A stretch of 63,791 nucleotides of DNA, counting the filler, from Octopus bimaculoides (taxonomy: Eukaryota): the NCBI RefSeq assembly GCF_001194135.2. It is 8 parts of 8 records of this genome, joined end to end, with 100 filler letters (N's around TTAATTAATTAA, not from the genome) between each part and the next. Parts side by side here need not be neighbours in the genome. Positions count along the whole stretch, not along the records: positions 20,573 to 39,704 come from NC_069008.1; 7 more parts are not named here. One strand, written 5' to 3'. Under the pieces are notes generated by a model that had not been told where the DNA came from, ran no database searches, and was given only the letters and a program-made list of their open reading frames with translations. The translations under genes and the position numbers were made by a program. This document shows positions 22,900 to 35,674 of the stretch, piece after piece (position 1 is the stretch's first letter; every line of letters begins with the position of its first letter).

Positions 22900-24900
22900 A
22901 TACACTTTTTGTTGAACTCACTGGAATGTACTGCCTCCCACCCTTTCCTCAGCTTCCTTTTAAAGATGATGAGAGTTTGTCTGGAGAAGGCAATGCCTGT
23001 CTTCTAATATTTCAAACAAATCCTTCATACACCTTCTTTAGTTGTATACACAGGTTGAGGAAGACTAGACACCTGCAAAAGGAATGTATTGGATCAATTT
23101 TCACTGAGACGCTTGGTTGATGCCAGATTTCTCCAGTGTAAACCTACAAATTGATAATACATAGATACTGGATACAGCTTTTGTTAGCTTACACGTCTTG
23201 GACAAGTTTTATCAACAGGCACCCTCTGCAGCATTGCTATGCCAAGTTTGTTTTTGGAAGTTGTCCAAGTTCTTAGCTTGAAAGTTCTCCAGAAGAGGCT
23301 GCTCAGACAGTTCTTGTCAGTACCCAGAGCTATTTGCAAGCTGTCATTGTTTATACCCTCCGCTAACCCTCTGTAAAATGCAGTTGTTTTTTTACTGCTG
23401 ACATTGTCCAGCTAGGAGAGGGCTTGGCATCATTCTAGATACCAAAGGCCTAGCTTTGGCCTAAAGTTGACTCACAATTGCAGCTCAGTTAAAAACATGA
23501 GCTGTGGAAAGATATGTTATATGAAAGGCATCCGTACTAGTTACCCTTTCTTTTTGTCTTTGTGGTTATCATTGCAATGGTGCAGATGTGTGAACATCAG
23601 TGCACAGAATCAGCAATGGAATCCCAAGTTCATCACAGAACAAGCATTGACAGCAAATTGATTTCCTGAATGCTGGTACCTGTCCCAGAAGGAGAAAGGC
23701 ATGTACTCCAATCTAGACAGATATTTCTTGATACAAGCCATAATAGTCAAATGGTAGCGTATCACTAAGGTAATATAGGTGTTAGTAACTTCTCTCTAGA
23801 GGCCTGCCAACTTGATCCCAGTTGATGTGGCTTCCTGAATACCTCTATTACTCCTCTACTATGCGATTGATCACTTCAATCTCCAAAGTATTCAAGATCC
23901 ACTAATGCTAACACAGCTGTTCCACAACCCTGTTGAGTGGGATATTTCTCAAAGATTCCATCCACTGCAACAATTGCTCCAAAGAGAGGAGATAGAGAGG
24001 GTATCCTTGACAGACTGAATGTTTGATACCAAAAGGTTCTGAGAAGTTACCATTAAGATTGGCCACTGAACAGATATTGCTGTATATTGTGGCAATCCAA
24101 GTGACTGCTCTTGGAATAGCCATTAACTAGTGATGGTTTACCCTTTTGAATGCCTTGCACTAATCCAAATTGATCAGCTTCCTGCACAAAGCCAGAAATA
24201 TTCCTAACCCTCTCTATGATGTTGTGGATTGATGCCGAGGATGGCACGAGTTAGTACTTTCCTGAATATGTTACAAATAATGGGTGAACACCCTTGATAA
24301 AATCTTTAACTGTGTTTAGCAGAGTTAATGGCCTGAAATTTTGAAACACACCCTCCTTGCTTGTATCCTTCCACATCAACATAACCACTTCACAGCCAAC
24401 TCAGCTGGGAATGCTAGCTTCAGTTGATGGCTAAGACAGGAAAACAGGAGGTATGGCATGTGGAAATTGAGGTAGTAGGGCAGAACATCCAATCCTAGCA
24501 CAACAGCTCAGTTCATCTGATACTTCATCAGATGTGTAGTGAGGTTCATGCAGCACTCTACTTCCCTGCTCATGAGTTATAGCAAACCAAAAATGTAGGT
24601 GTAAAAGCCCTCTTTATCCAGTCCATTATACATTGAGAACTTCAGCAAAATACCACTGGAAAACCGCTCATCTGTTTGGTAGCAAAGAGCATATGTCTAT
24701 CACGGTCCATCATAGACCATATTCAGTCTTTGATGCCATGCTATGCATCCACCCCACTGGCCCATTGAAAGGCTTCTTATCCTCATGTTTTAGTGCACCC
24801 AGCTTAGTGTGGGCAACATAATTTGTATTTTATGCTGAAGAAATAATCAAAGGCCATTCTTGTTAAAACGTTGTTTCTATGTGCCTTTTCTAAATGGCTA
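22900..24900 (-). mobile_element. Decayed Tx1/L1-clade LINE ORF2 (reverse transcriptase region)
   Basis: HNIIERVRNISGF..INLD*CKAFKRVNH and WIATIYSNICSVANLNGNFSEPFGIKHSVCQGYPL..LSLEQLL; many stops and frameshifts; boundaries approximate. Confidence 0.75.
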
Positions 24901-25499
24901 GATAAATCCTTTTGTATCCTGTAAATTTCTATATCTACCCCTTTAATAAGTTCTTAGCATGACTCACCACCTGTTGTTGATGATGGCACCCATCAAATCA
25001 GCTCAATTCACTAACTCAATCTCTGAAATCTTTCTGTACCAGAAAGGACGCATTCAGCTTCCAGTAACTGGATCTTTATCTTTTGGTCTATGCTAAGACT
25101 GTCCAGGTTTGTATATGCAAATATCAGAAAATGTGGCCAACTTAAGCTAACTCTGTCCAATAACCTCATGAAAATTTTATCTAAACATGACTCAAATGAC
25201 AAAGTCTGCATTGAGAAAATAAAGCTGTACATTCAGAAAATAAAGCTGAAACCTGTCAGAGCTGGAAGTACCTCAGAGAAGGTTTGCAAGGCATTAACAC
25301 CCACTTCTATTGGCTACATCCACACAATCCTTGCTTGTGTCTGAGATGCCATTTCAGTCATCTCCTATCACTAATGAGTGAAATGTTCCTTGGAATGTCT
25401 CACTTCAGTTATGAATGACTGTTCTTTGAGAAAGATTTCTTCAAAGAACCATGTACTTTTTATGTGATTCTCACCAGAACTTTCCATTGTTGAGGGTTT

Positions 25500-25738
25500 T
25501 CACATTCTTTTATTCTTTCACTTGTTGCAGTAATTTGACTGGCCATGCTGGAGCACCACCTTGAAGTATTTTTGTCAAAACAATTCAAACCCCAAACTTA
25601 TTTTTAAAACCCTAGTACTTATTCTATCAGCCTCTTTGCCAAATTGCTAAATTATGGGGACATAAGCACACCAACTCAAGTTGTCAGGTGATGATGAGGG
25701 GACAAACATAGACACAAAGACACACACACACACACGTA

Positions 25739-25775
<37 letters not shown>

Positions 25776-25945
25776 GACAGGCTTCTTTCAGTTTCTGTCT
25801 ACCAAATCCAATCACAAGGTTTTGGTTGGTCTGAGACTATAGCAGAAGACACTTGCTCAAGGTGCCATGCAGTGGGACTAAATTCTGAACAATGTGGTTG
25901 GGAAGCAAGCTTCTTACCACACAATCACACCTGCACCTTCAATGA
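25500..25945 (-). mobile_element. SINE family A, near full length
   Basis: Reverse complement of the tail, internal microsatellite and tRNA head. Confidence 0.8.
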
Positions 25946-26179
25946 GATATGGCTTTCTCATTGAAGCCCTCACCTGAGATAAAGATTTTGCTTTTGTCAG
26001 AGTATATATACTCCATAACCTCCTTGTTCTCCTCTTGGAGGACTGTGTAGCTGGGTGGATTAATATGGAGTTGTTGCTGTGCTTGTTTTTTTTTTCAGCT
26101 TTCATTGCTGCTCTCCTTGGTGTATCTTTTTCTGTTGCAATGATTAAATTTTATGTTACAAATTTATATATTTAAAAAA

Positions 26180-26694
26180 AATCACATAGGCAGAAGCATG
26201 ACTGTGGTAGGAAGCTTGCTTCCTAACCACATGGTTCTGGGTTCAGTCTCATTGCGGGGCACCTTAGGTTGACCAAAACCTTGTGAGTGGATTTGATAGA
26301 TAGAAACTGAAAGAAACCTGTCATATATATGTGTGTGTGTTAGTTTGTCCCTCCCATTACTACTTGACAACAGGTGTTTGTGAGTTTATGTCCTTATAGG
26401 TGCAGGAGTGGCTGTGTGGTAAGTAGCTTGCTTACCAACCACATGGTTCCGGGTTCAGTCCCACTGCGTGGCATCTTTGGCAAGTGTCTTCTACTATAGC
26501 CTCGGGCCGAGCAAAGCCTTGTGAGTGTATTTGGTCGACAGAAACTGAAAGAAGCCCGTCGTATATATGTATATATATATATGTGTGTGTGTCTGTGTTT
26601 GTCCCCCTAGCATTGCTTGACAACCGATGCTGGTGTGTTTACGTCCCCGTAACTTAACAGTTCAGCAAAAGAGACCGATAGAATAAGTACTAGG
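26180..26694 (+). mobile_element. Two tandem SINE family A copies (26180-26395 and 26398-26694)
   Basis: Two heads, ATGACTGTGGTAGGAAGCTTGC and GGAGTGGCTGTGTGGTAAG..GGTTCAGTCCC; the second runs into a gap. Confidence 0.82.
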
Positions 26695-29600
26695 NNNNNN
26701 NNNNNNNNNNNNNNNNNNNNNNNNNNNNNNNNNNNNNNNNNNNNNNNNNNNNNNNNNNNNNNNNNNNNNNNNNNNNNNNNNNNNNNNNNNNNNNNNNNNN
26801 NNNNNNNNNNNNNNNNNNNNNNNNNNNNNNNNNNNNNNNNNNNNNNNNNNNNNNNNNNNNNNNNNNNNNNNNNNNNNNNNNNNNNNNNNNNNNNNNNNNN
26901 NNNNNNNNATTTTTACATTTTGCTCTCAATTTGTTCATCAGCTTTCATTTGTTTAAATTTTTTTTTTCTAACTGTAAATAGAAAATATTTTGTTATCTAA
27001 TAATGTATTTCTTCTTTTTTTTTTTTCACTAAATTTTACTCTCTTGAATTACATATATTCTACATGATTTTTGTTAAAGAAAAAAAATAATATAATACTA
27101 AAAATAAGACATATTTTTGCTTAATACAAAGAAATTTTAAAATCAAAAATATTAACTTAAATTGAAAAAACATTGCAATATAAAGAATAAAAAATGCACA
27201 CACTATTTGATGAACAATTTCAGAAATTTATTTAGCAAATTCTAACTTTAGCAGCAATATTTTAAGTTTTTGCTTTTCTTGTCCTGTACTTTTCCAGGAT
27301 TAATCACTGCTTGTTCTGTACTTTTCCATGTTCAATACTTAAGAATATTCTAGGATTCTGCACCTGCATTTTTGATTTTAGTCCACTGTCTTTCCAGGCA
27401 ACGCTTCTGTTATTATAATTATTATATTTACCTTTATAACTGAAAAAAATGATACTTTGGTAAATATTTTTTAAATACAGGTTTTGTTTAAGCTTAGAAA
27501 TTTTGTTTTGCACATAAAAATAACAAAGTATTAATAGCAGCTTATCTGTTACAAATAAATATATTTTTAAACAATTTTGATTATAAAATAATGCTATATT
27601 CTAATTAAATAATTAATAATTAGCATTTTTCATGAGTGAAATTTTGTTTTTGATATGTTTATAATATGTATATGATTTAATACTTTAACAAAAAATAAAA
27701 ATTAATATGAAATCACAAAAAAATCATAACTATTTTAGGCTTAATATTTTTAGACAAAATTTTTTCCCAAATATTCATCTGGATGAACTCTTTCATTTGA
27801 GTTCAAATAATATTTTTCTCTTAAAAGGATAAAAGTATTTTGATTTCTTAAAATTATCACCTTCTTTTTACACTGAAATCCAAAGAACAGCTAATATTTT
27901 TTGTCAAGGTTTTTCACCATAGACAGAGTTTCCTCTCAGAGCTCTTTCATCTGAACTAAACTCAAAGAAAGAATAGCTCTGAAAACAGCTTGGAAAATGA
28001 CTAAATGCCCTTAAAAAAAACGTTAAAAAATGGCAATGATTCCACTGCAGAGGGTCAAATCTGTACTTCTCAAAAACTCCAGTTAAGTATGCTGAATCTA
28101 AGCAACATAATACATCAGATATCATCTTTTATAATGTTAGATATCTTAAAATGACAAAAATATTTTAATCTGTTAAAATGATCACTTCTTTTTCTCAGCC
28201 ACAGACAAATCGGTGCAAAGCTGTTGTCTGTTTAAAACTACTATATTTATATTCTGAACCTTTCATGTAGAGTCTGATTTTGTTATTCACTTGTTCCAGA
28301 AAAAAATTAGGAAAACTTTCACTAAAATTCTGTTACTAATCAACCCTAGGTTATCCAGTAGTCAGATTGACCCTAAATGCCAACCCTTAGCCCTAACTCT
28401 AACCCTAAGCCCTAAACTCCATTGCTAAACCCTAACTCTAATCCTAGTGTATCTCAAACTTTCATTGTAGAATAATGTACAGTTTGTTTTTCTGTAATTT
28501 TTCCAAAAAAATTTCATGGATAATTTTTCCTTTGTATATTGCCTGCTCCAATGTTTCACTTGACTTTATTCATTTAAACGTATTCAAATTTCAAAACTTC
28601 TTACAACTTTTGTCATCGTATTCTAAAGCCTGTTTTCTGATTGAGTAAGAATAATCAAACTTTAAACCTCATTAACATTTCTCTGGGACAAGTGAGGATC
28701 TTTTCTGGTTGGTTTTCACTTTTAAAAAATTTTAAAATTGAGTGAAAATGTTTAAATTTGGTATATTGATGTAAATTTTCTCACTAAACCTGATGTTGTT
28801 ATTCACTTGTTCCAGAAAAATTTTAGAAAAATCTAGAAAAGAAATTTCAAATGCAGAGGAGCAGTGAAAACAGCCAAGATTGACAAAATACTTTTAGAAA
28901 ACGAAAACTGTATAGCAAGCCACTACAGAGAAACCATATCATTTAAAACACAGTTAAGCATGTTGTACCATTAAGCCACGTGAACTATTACATCATCTAA
29001 TACCAACTTTTATAATGACAAAAATATTTTAATTTATGAAAACAATCACCTTTTTTTTTGTCAGTTAAAGGCACATCACTTTTTTGAAGCTAATATTTTT
29101 TGATGATTCATTTGAACACAACTGTTGCATAGTTTTCTTCAATATTAGTTAATACATTTTGATTCAAAGTCAATTTTGGGTGTTCCTTACCATATTTGTT
29201 TCATTACTTAAAAGTCACATAACTTTTTCCCTTGCTGATACTTTTTAACAAGGTTTTCACCAAAAGATTCTCCTCAATGAACACAGTCTTTTAAACCCAA
29301 CTAATTTATTCACCCACTGCCATGGGGTGAATGATTCTGTTAGAGAGTGTACTTGAGAGTTGTAACCTCTATGTGCTCCTCCATCATTGCCACCACTTTT
29401 GTCTGGTCCCTGTTGGGGCTGATACATTGCTAACTCATATTTTGGTCACCTGTCTTCTCTATAAATAGTTAAATCATAAGAAAACCATGGAATGTGCAAG
29501 TAATAATAGCCACAATCTGCTGTTACTGTTACAAACAGCAATAACTATTCAGTGTCATTTACCTCTTGTTATGAAGTCCATTTGTTCCTGCAAGAATTTT

Positions 29601-30699
29601 TTCAGTTGTGCTTGACTGGGACACTGTTTTCTTTCATTTGTGTGAATGTATTTATAAATAATGTGTTTTTTCTTCTTGTTTTATTTATTTTCTGGTGCAT
29701 GTATCACAACGACTGGAAGTTTCATGGATCCTGGGATATAACATCACATTTATATTCTTTTTACTATTTGCCTTTCTGCTGCATCAGTGGCAATGCAACA
29801 CAAGATCAGCAGCATAACCTGACTGGGTCCGGGTCCTCAACAGAAAACGACAAAACCGGAACAGTGAGCATAACACAGAAGTTGCGAGGTGCTGACAATG
29901 GCTGCTGGTGGTGCCCGGCATGGAGGGGATATTGAGTCACGGTCGAGGGTCAGTGAGGAGGAAGTAAAAAGAAGCTGGTCATTGATCATGGAAGGCACAA
30001 GCATGAGCAGCAATGTTCCCAGTATGAAATCAGCCAGTATGGCAGCAACAACTTGCAAGCTTCCATAGCATGCCGGCTGATGGAGGTGGTCATGGGAATG
30101 CAGTGGGAGACACAATGATGATTATTGTTGGACTAGAAGTGAGGTAGAGGTGTAGTTTTCACAGCTGTGGCAGCGGATGAGGTCATAGCTATGACAAGGT
30201 GAAGGCAAGGAGTCTGAATGTGAAAAATCGATGAATGAACAGGGATGCTGTCAGTGGCGCATATGATGGTGAGGAGCATGAATGAATGTATGAGTAAGTG
30301 TGGTGGCTGCGTGGGTGCAAGGCGGAGTGCAACAATGATAGCGAAGATGAGGGCATTCTTGTGCAGACATATGAGGTGGTGGCAGCACATTGTAAGGTCA
30401 AGAGGCATGTACCCGTTTATCAGAAGACACAAGGACTGAAAATGTTTGAAATCATCAGCAAATATGAGAATTGTGAAATGAAAAATTGCACTTAGAATTT
30501 TCCTCACTCACACTTATCATATTGAGAAATTATGGGTTAATACACATATAAAAATCTTTGTCAAGAAAACATGAGAACCGAAAATGTTAGAAATCATTCA
30601 CAAACCTTTTGAAAATTTCCAATTGAACAATTGCATTTCAAATTTTTCACACTCACACTTGTCAGATTGAAAAGTAATGGGTTAAATACATGTTTGATT

Positions 30700-31945
30700 A
30701 TAGTTCTGAAGATTATATTTACCAAACATTCAATTGAAGTCTAAATGTTTTTCAGAAAATGCTGGAAATCATATGTTTCAAAAATTTTCACATGAAATAT
30801 TGTACTTTAATCTGGTCAACATTCATCTCTGGTATCTAAATTGTTTTCACTCAAATATTAAAATAGCTGTGAAGATTACATTTACCAAACATTTNNNNNN
30901 NNNNNNNNNNNNNNNNNNNNNNNNNNNNNNNNNNNNNNNNNNNNNNNNNNNNNNNNNNNNNNNNNNNNNNNNNNNNNNNNNNNNNNNNNNNNNNNNNNNN
31001 NNNNNNNNNNNNNNNNNNNNNNNNNNNNNNNNNNNNNNNNNNNNNNNNNNNNNNNNNNNNNNNNNNNNNNNNNNNNNNNNNNNNNNNNNNNNNNNNNNNN
31101 NNNNNNNNNNNNNNNNNNNNNNNNNNNNNNNNNNNNNNNNNNNNNNNNNNNNNNNNNNNNNNNNNNNNNNNNNNNNNNNNNNNNNNNNNNNNNNNNNNNN
31201 NNNNNNNNNNNNNNNNNNNNNNNNNNNNNNNNNNNNNNNNNNNNNNNNNNNNNNNNNNNNNNNNNNNNNNNNNNNNNNNNNNNNNNNNNNNNNNNNNNNN
31301 NNNNNNNNNNNNNNNNNNNNNNNNNNNNNNNNNNNNNNNNNNNNNNNNNNNNNNNNNNNNNNNNNNNNNNNNNNNNNNNNNNNNNNNNNNNNNNNNNNNN
31401 NNNNNNNNNNNNNNNNNNNNNNNNNNNNNNNNNNNNNNNNNNNNNNNNNNNNNNNNNNNNNNNNNNNNNNNNNNNNNNNNNNNNNNNNNNNNNNNNNNNN
31501 NNNNNNNNNNNNNNNNNNNNNNNNNNNNNNNNNNNNNNNNNNNNNNNNNNNNNNNNNNNNNNNNNNNNNNNNNNNNNNNNNNNNNNNNNNNNNNNNNNNN
31601 NNNNNNNNNNNNNNNNNNNNNNNNNNNNNNNNNNNNNNNNNNNNNNNNNNNNNNNNNNNNNNNNNNNNNNNNNNNNNNNNNNNNNNNNNGTATCTAAATT
31701 GTTTTCACTCAAATATTAAAATAGCTGTGAAGATTACATTTACCAAACATTCAATTGAAGTCTAAATGTTTTTCAGAAAATGCTGGAAATCATATGTTTC
31801 AAAAATTTTCACATGAAATATTGTACTTTAATCTGGTCAACATTCATCTCTGGTATCTAAATTGTTTTCACTCAAATATTAAAATAGCTGTGAAGATTAC
31901 ATTTACCAAACATTTTACTGAGGTCTAAGCATTTTCAGAAAACAT
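30700..31945. repeat. 163-bp AT-rich satellite array spanning a gap
   Basis: TATCTAAATTGTTTTCACTC at 30833, 31691 and 31854 (period 163); near-identical units on both sides of the N-run. Confidence 0.9.
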
Positions 31946-31966
31946 GACAACTGATAATATTGGAAA

Positions 31967-32250
31967 TTAGTAGCAAATCTTCGAAAATTTCAATCTTGGG
32001 TTAGGTGGAGGATTATTTTTAGATTTAAATAATTTCTTAAATTCAGAAGTTATATCATTAGTGGGCTGTTGAATGTCCTTGTCGAAGAAAAAGGTGAGCC
32101 ATCTGGTACAGTTAATAAAGGAATTTGTCTTATTAACGAGTTGCTTAAGGAAAGCATTCTTTGGGGGAATGAGTATATCCTTAAGAGATGCATTTATATT
32201 AAGTAACTGCATATGCAGTAACTATTTTATTAGCAGGTTATATGGAAACT
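31967..32250 (-). mobile_element. Penelope-like element ORF N-terminal fragment
   Basis: SLKDILIPPKNAFLKQLVNKTNSFINCTRWLTFFF...FKSKNNPPP resembles the SLKNIPIP...RWKAFFF...GFKS start of Penelope-like ORFs as I recall them. Confidence 0.65.
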
Positions 32251-33829
32251 TGGTTGAAGTATATATAAATGGATGTGTGTGTTTTCCCCTTGTTTATAAT
32301 TAACACAGAAAAGATAGATACACAGTTACCAGGATAGCAAAAAATCATGCAAGTAAAAAGGACGTAACACCCTGTTTTTAAAGCTAGAAACTCTGGGTTG
32401 ATGTGAAATGTTTTGTATAGTATATATAGATAAATAAATGGAGTTAAAACACATGTGTTATTCAAATATTTTTTTTCTGACACATGTTTCGAAGACAACA
32501 TTGGTATTATTCCAAAGAAATAGAATGGTGTAAAACAATGTAATCTTCTCTTCAGAGAAAGAAAGAAATAAACCTCCTACTCGAATCCGAACACCGCGCG
32601 TGGACAGCAGCGCCACCTTGTCAGAGCGCAGAACAGTGGCGGAATGCAAGCCCCCCCCCCGGTGGAAAACGTCACCTCCACCGTATCACACCTCCCTCCT
32701 CTGTCTACGAAGCAGGAGTCCCAAGCATTCCTCCACATCGTCCTCCGACAGGATCTCCAACCCACTGGTGGCAACCGCTTGCCTGTGACATACCACCGTC
32801 CCATCGCTGACAGTTTCCTCTGAAGAGACCAGTCCCTCTCCTTGCACAAACCGCAGATCTATTTCAAAACGGGGGCACCAGTATTTTCTTAACGAAACAC
32901 TTTGAAACTTGGGACACTGGTAGAATGTGTCATATAAAACATCTTTTACTCTTAGTCTTCTTAACAAAAAAACGTACGTCGCAAGTTATTCCATGTTAAA
33001 GTTGTCGTATTTCTGTAATTTCAACCATTCACTGACGTCTATTCAGCTGAATAGAGTTACTGCTGGGCGGTCATAAAAATGTTATTCCCTGTGACATATT
33101 TCATCCGGTTTAATCGTAATTTATACGCATATATTGTTTATATAATAAATTACGCTGTGNNNNNNNNNNNNNNNNNNNNNNNNNNNNNNNNNNNNNNNNN
33201 NNNNNNNNNNNNNNNNNNNNNNNNNNNNNNNNNNNNNNNNNNNNNNNNNNNNNNNNNNNNNNNNNNNNNNNNNNNNNNNNNNNNNNNNNNNNNNNNNNNN
33301 NNNNNNNNNNNNNNNNNNNNNNNNNNNNNNNNNNNNNNNNNNNNNNNNNNNNNNNNNNNNNNNNNNNNNNNNNNNNNNNNNNNNNNNNNNNNNNNNNNNN
33401 NNNNNNNNNNNNNNNNNNNNNNNNNNNNNNNNNNNNNNNNNNNNNNNNNNNNNNNNNNNNNNNNNNNNNNNNNNNNNNNNNNNNNNNNNNNNNNNNNNNN
33501 NNNNNNNNNNNNNNNNNNNNNNNNNNNNNNNNNNNNNNNNNNNNNNNNNNNNNNNNNNNNNNNNNNNNNNNNNNNNNNNNNNNNNNNNNNNNNNNNNNNN
33601 NNNNNNNNNNNNNNNNNNNNNNNNNNNNNNNNNNNNNNNNNNNNNNNNNNNNNNCCCAACAATGGGGAGAAAAAGTAGCAAAAATCAACCACGCGCGAGT
33701 CGCTTCAAAAACAACTCTCAACAGTAACAAAAACAACCCCAACAACGGACAGTCTCAGCGAGAAAGTCCTCAGCGATCAAACCGTGGGCAAAGACGACGA
33801 GACTCAAACGAGTTGTTACTCTGAGACGG

Positions 33830-33985
33830 CGTAGTTCTCTCAACGATTAGCTGGAGATAGTTTTTAAAATGAGAATATCTGAAATAAACTCGACTGCTCT
33901 CACAAACGAGAATACTAAAAATGAACCCGACCGCTCTCAAAAATTAAAAAAAAACAATCTAGAATCCTTGTTCGGTTCCTGATCA
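33830..33985 (-). mobile_element. Helentron-type non-autonomous element, internal fragment
   Basis: Reverse complement of 61550-61705 (GTTTGTGAGAGCAGTCGAGTTTATTTCAG...CTAATCGTTGAGAG). Confidence 0.7.
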
Positions 33986-34599
33986 ATCCCAGTAGAATTT
34001 ATGGCATGTGAAGGTGGGTGTACGGGCCGTGTTTGTAATGCTGTGTGTGTGTCGTCTGCAGTGGGAACAGGGGAAAGTTTTCTCTATGAAGGCCTTATTT
34101 AATCTATCCACCGATATAGTGTCTTTACGACCATTAAGGTCTATAAGTGAAAAGTTTATCCGTGCGTGAAAGAAAACTGAAAGGACCTGCATGTGGTGCT
34201 GTTAACGGAGGTTTAAGAACATCGATGCGCACAAAAACGTGAGTCCAGAGCTAGAAATGTAATTGTCAAGTAGGTAAGAGGTTCTAAACAGGAGCGATAT
34301 AATCAAAATTGGTAAAACTAAAAATTGTCGAGGATAAATTGAATTTATTATTGTTACTAAATATGTTAGTGTTATTTAATTTCTGGACGGTTTTGCTGCC
34401 GTTTGTTTATGTAGTTTGATTTCTTAATCCATCAGTTTCTACTATGATAGACACGTTTTATTTAGAAAGGAAAATAAAACTTTGGGAACTTTACACCGCT
34501 ATAACTTACGAGGAAACCATGAGCGTACTTTCAAGGGAGATAATGAGAAAAAGACTTGAAAATCAACGTAAGATCGTAATACTTCATGTAAAGTAAAGT

Positions 34600-34795
34600 A
34601 AATGTAACAAATAATCCAGAATGCTTGTCTGGTACTGGATCGATCCCAAAATCTAATCAGTTCGGTCGAGTCACGAGGCCAAAGATCCCTGAAAGTTTCA
34701 TCCAGCAATCCTTGAGACATTTTGTCCACAGACGAACAAACAAACAAACACGACTGAAAATAATACTTCCGCCTTCGCTAAGGCGGCTGTGATAG
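34600..34795 (-). mobile_element. Helentron-type (HINE/DINE-1-like) element 5' end
   Basis: Minus strand: CCGCCTTAGCGAAGGCGG hairpin, (GTTT)n, then GATGAAACTTTCAGGGA...GGGATCGATCC shared with the 61420 copy. Confidence 0.68.
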
Positions 34796-35109
34796 CTTGA
34801 AGGACAGAGTGGGGGTGGGAGAAGCACCAGTACCCAACTTGTACTTATTTACCGCTGAGTAGACTAGAACAATATAAAACGAAATTCCGTTCTCAAAGAT
34901 AAAATATACTGCCCAGGCCCTATATTGAGCCCACGCCTTTACAATCCTTATAATCAAAAGCCGAACACTCTAACCACTTGTCTACATGCCTTCACTGCAG
35001 AAAAACAAAGCTACAAATATTGGACGAATAAAAAACTGTTGATGAAATTAATTCGGTTCTAGCACTTGATTGGTCCCGAGTTTTAAAAACCTTATATTAT
35101 AATGTGTTC

Positions 35110-35530
35110 CAATGCGAGCTGTCAGCACGCCGGGCAAAATGCTTCACAACAATTCGTCTGTCTTTACGTTCCGAGTTCAAATTCCGTCAAGGTCAACTTA
35201 CCTTTCATCTTTCGGGATCAATGAAATTAGTTCCAGTTGAGCACTGGGGTTGATCAAATCGACTTACCTCCTGTCCCAACATTGCTGGCATTGTGCCATA
35301 AGTTGAAACCAATATAAAAAGGCAGTGAACTGGCAGAATCGTTAGAACTCCGGACAAAATGCTTAGCGGCATTTCGTCCGTCTGAGTTCCAAATCCGCCG
35401 AGGTCGACTTTGCCTCTCATCCTTTCAGGGTCGATAAAATAAGTACCAGTTGAGCTCTGGGATTGATGTAATCGACTAGTCCTCGCCCCACAAATTTCAG
35501 GCCTTTTGCCTTTAGTAGAAAGGATTATTA
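35110..35530 (+). mobile_element. Two tandem tRNA-derived SINEs with a Deu/Nin-like domain (family D)
   Basis: GAGTTCAAAT..GAGGTCGACTTTGCCTCTCATCCTTTCAGGGTCGATAAAATAAGTACCAG twice, ending in (ATT)n; further minus-strand copies at 42340-42460 and 58090-58160. Confidence 0.75.
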
Positions 35531-35674
35531 TTATTATAAATGGAATAATCTTAGAATTTAAAATCGGTTGAAATGTAAAATATATCGCTGCTTTGCTTCC
35601 GTGATAAATATAGAATGTGATGATTAGTATTAGAAAACAAAATACTTTCCGAAGAAATGTTTGGAAAGAGACTA

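Noticed and set aside
27925-27965. CAGATGA...GAAACTCTGTC hammerhead-like match on the minus strand
   Set aside because: Core mismatch, no convincing stem II or stem I, and no adjacent Penelope-like sequence
30133-30507. ORF with an LIFADD reverse-transcriptase-like motif
   Set aside because: No other RT motifs in frame or nearby; the 29750-30480 block stays unclassified
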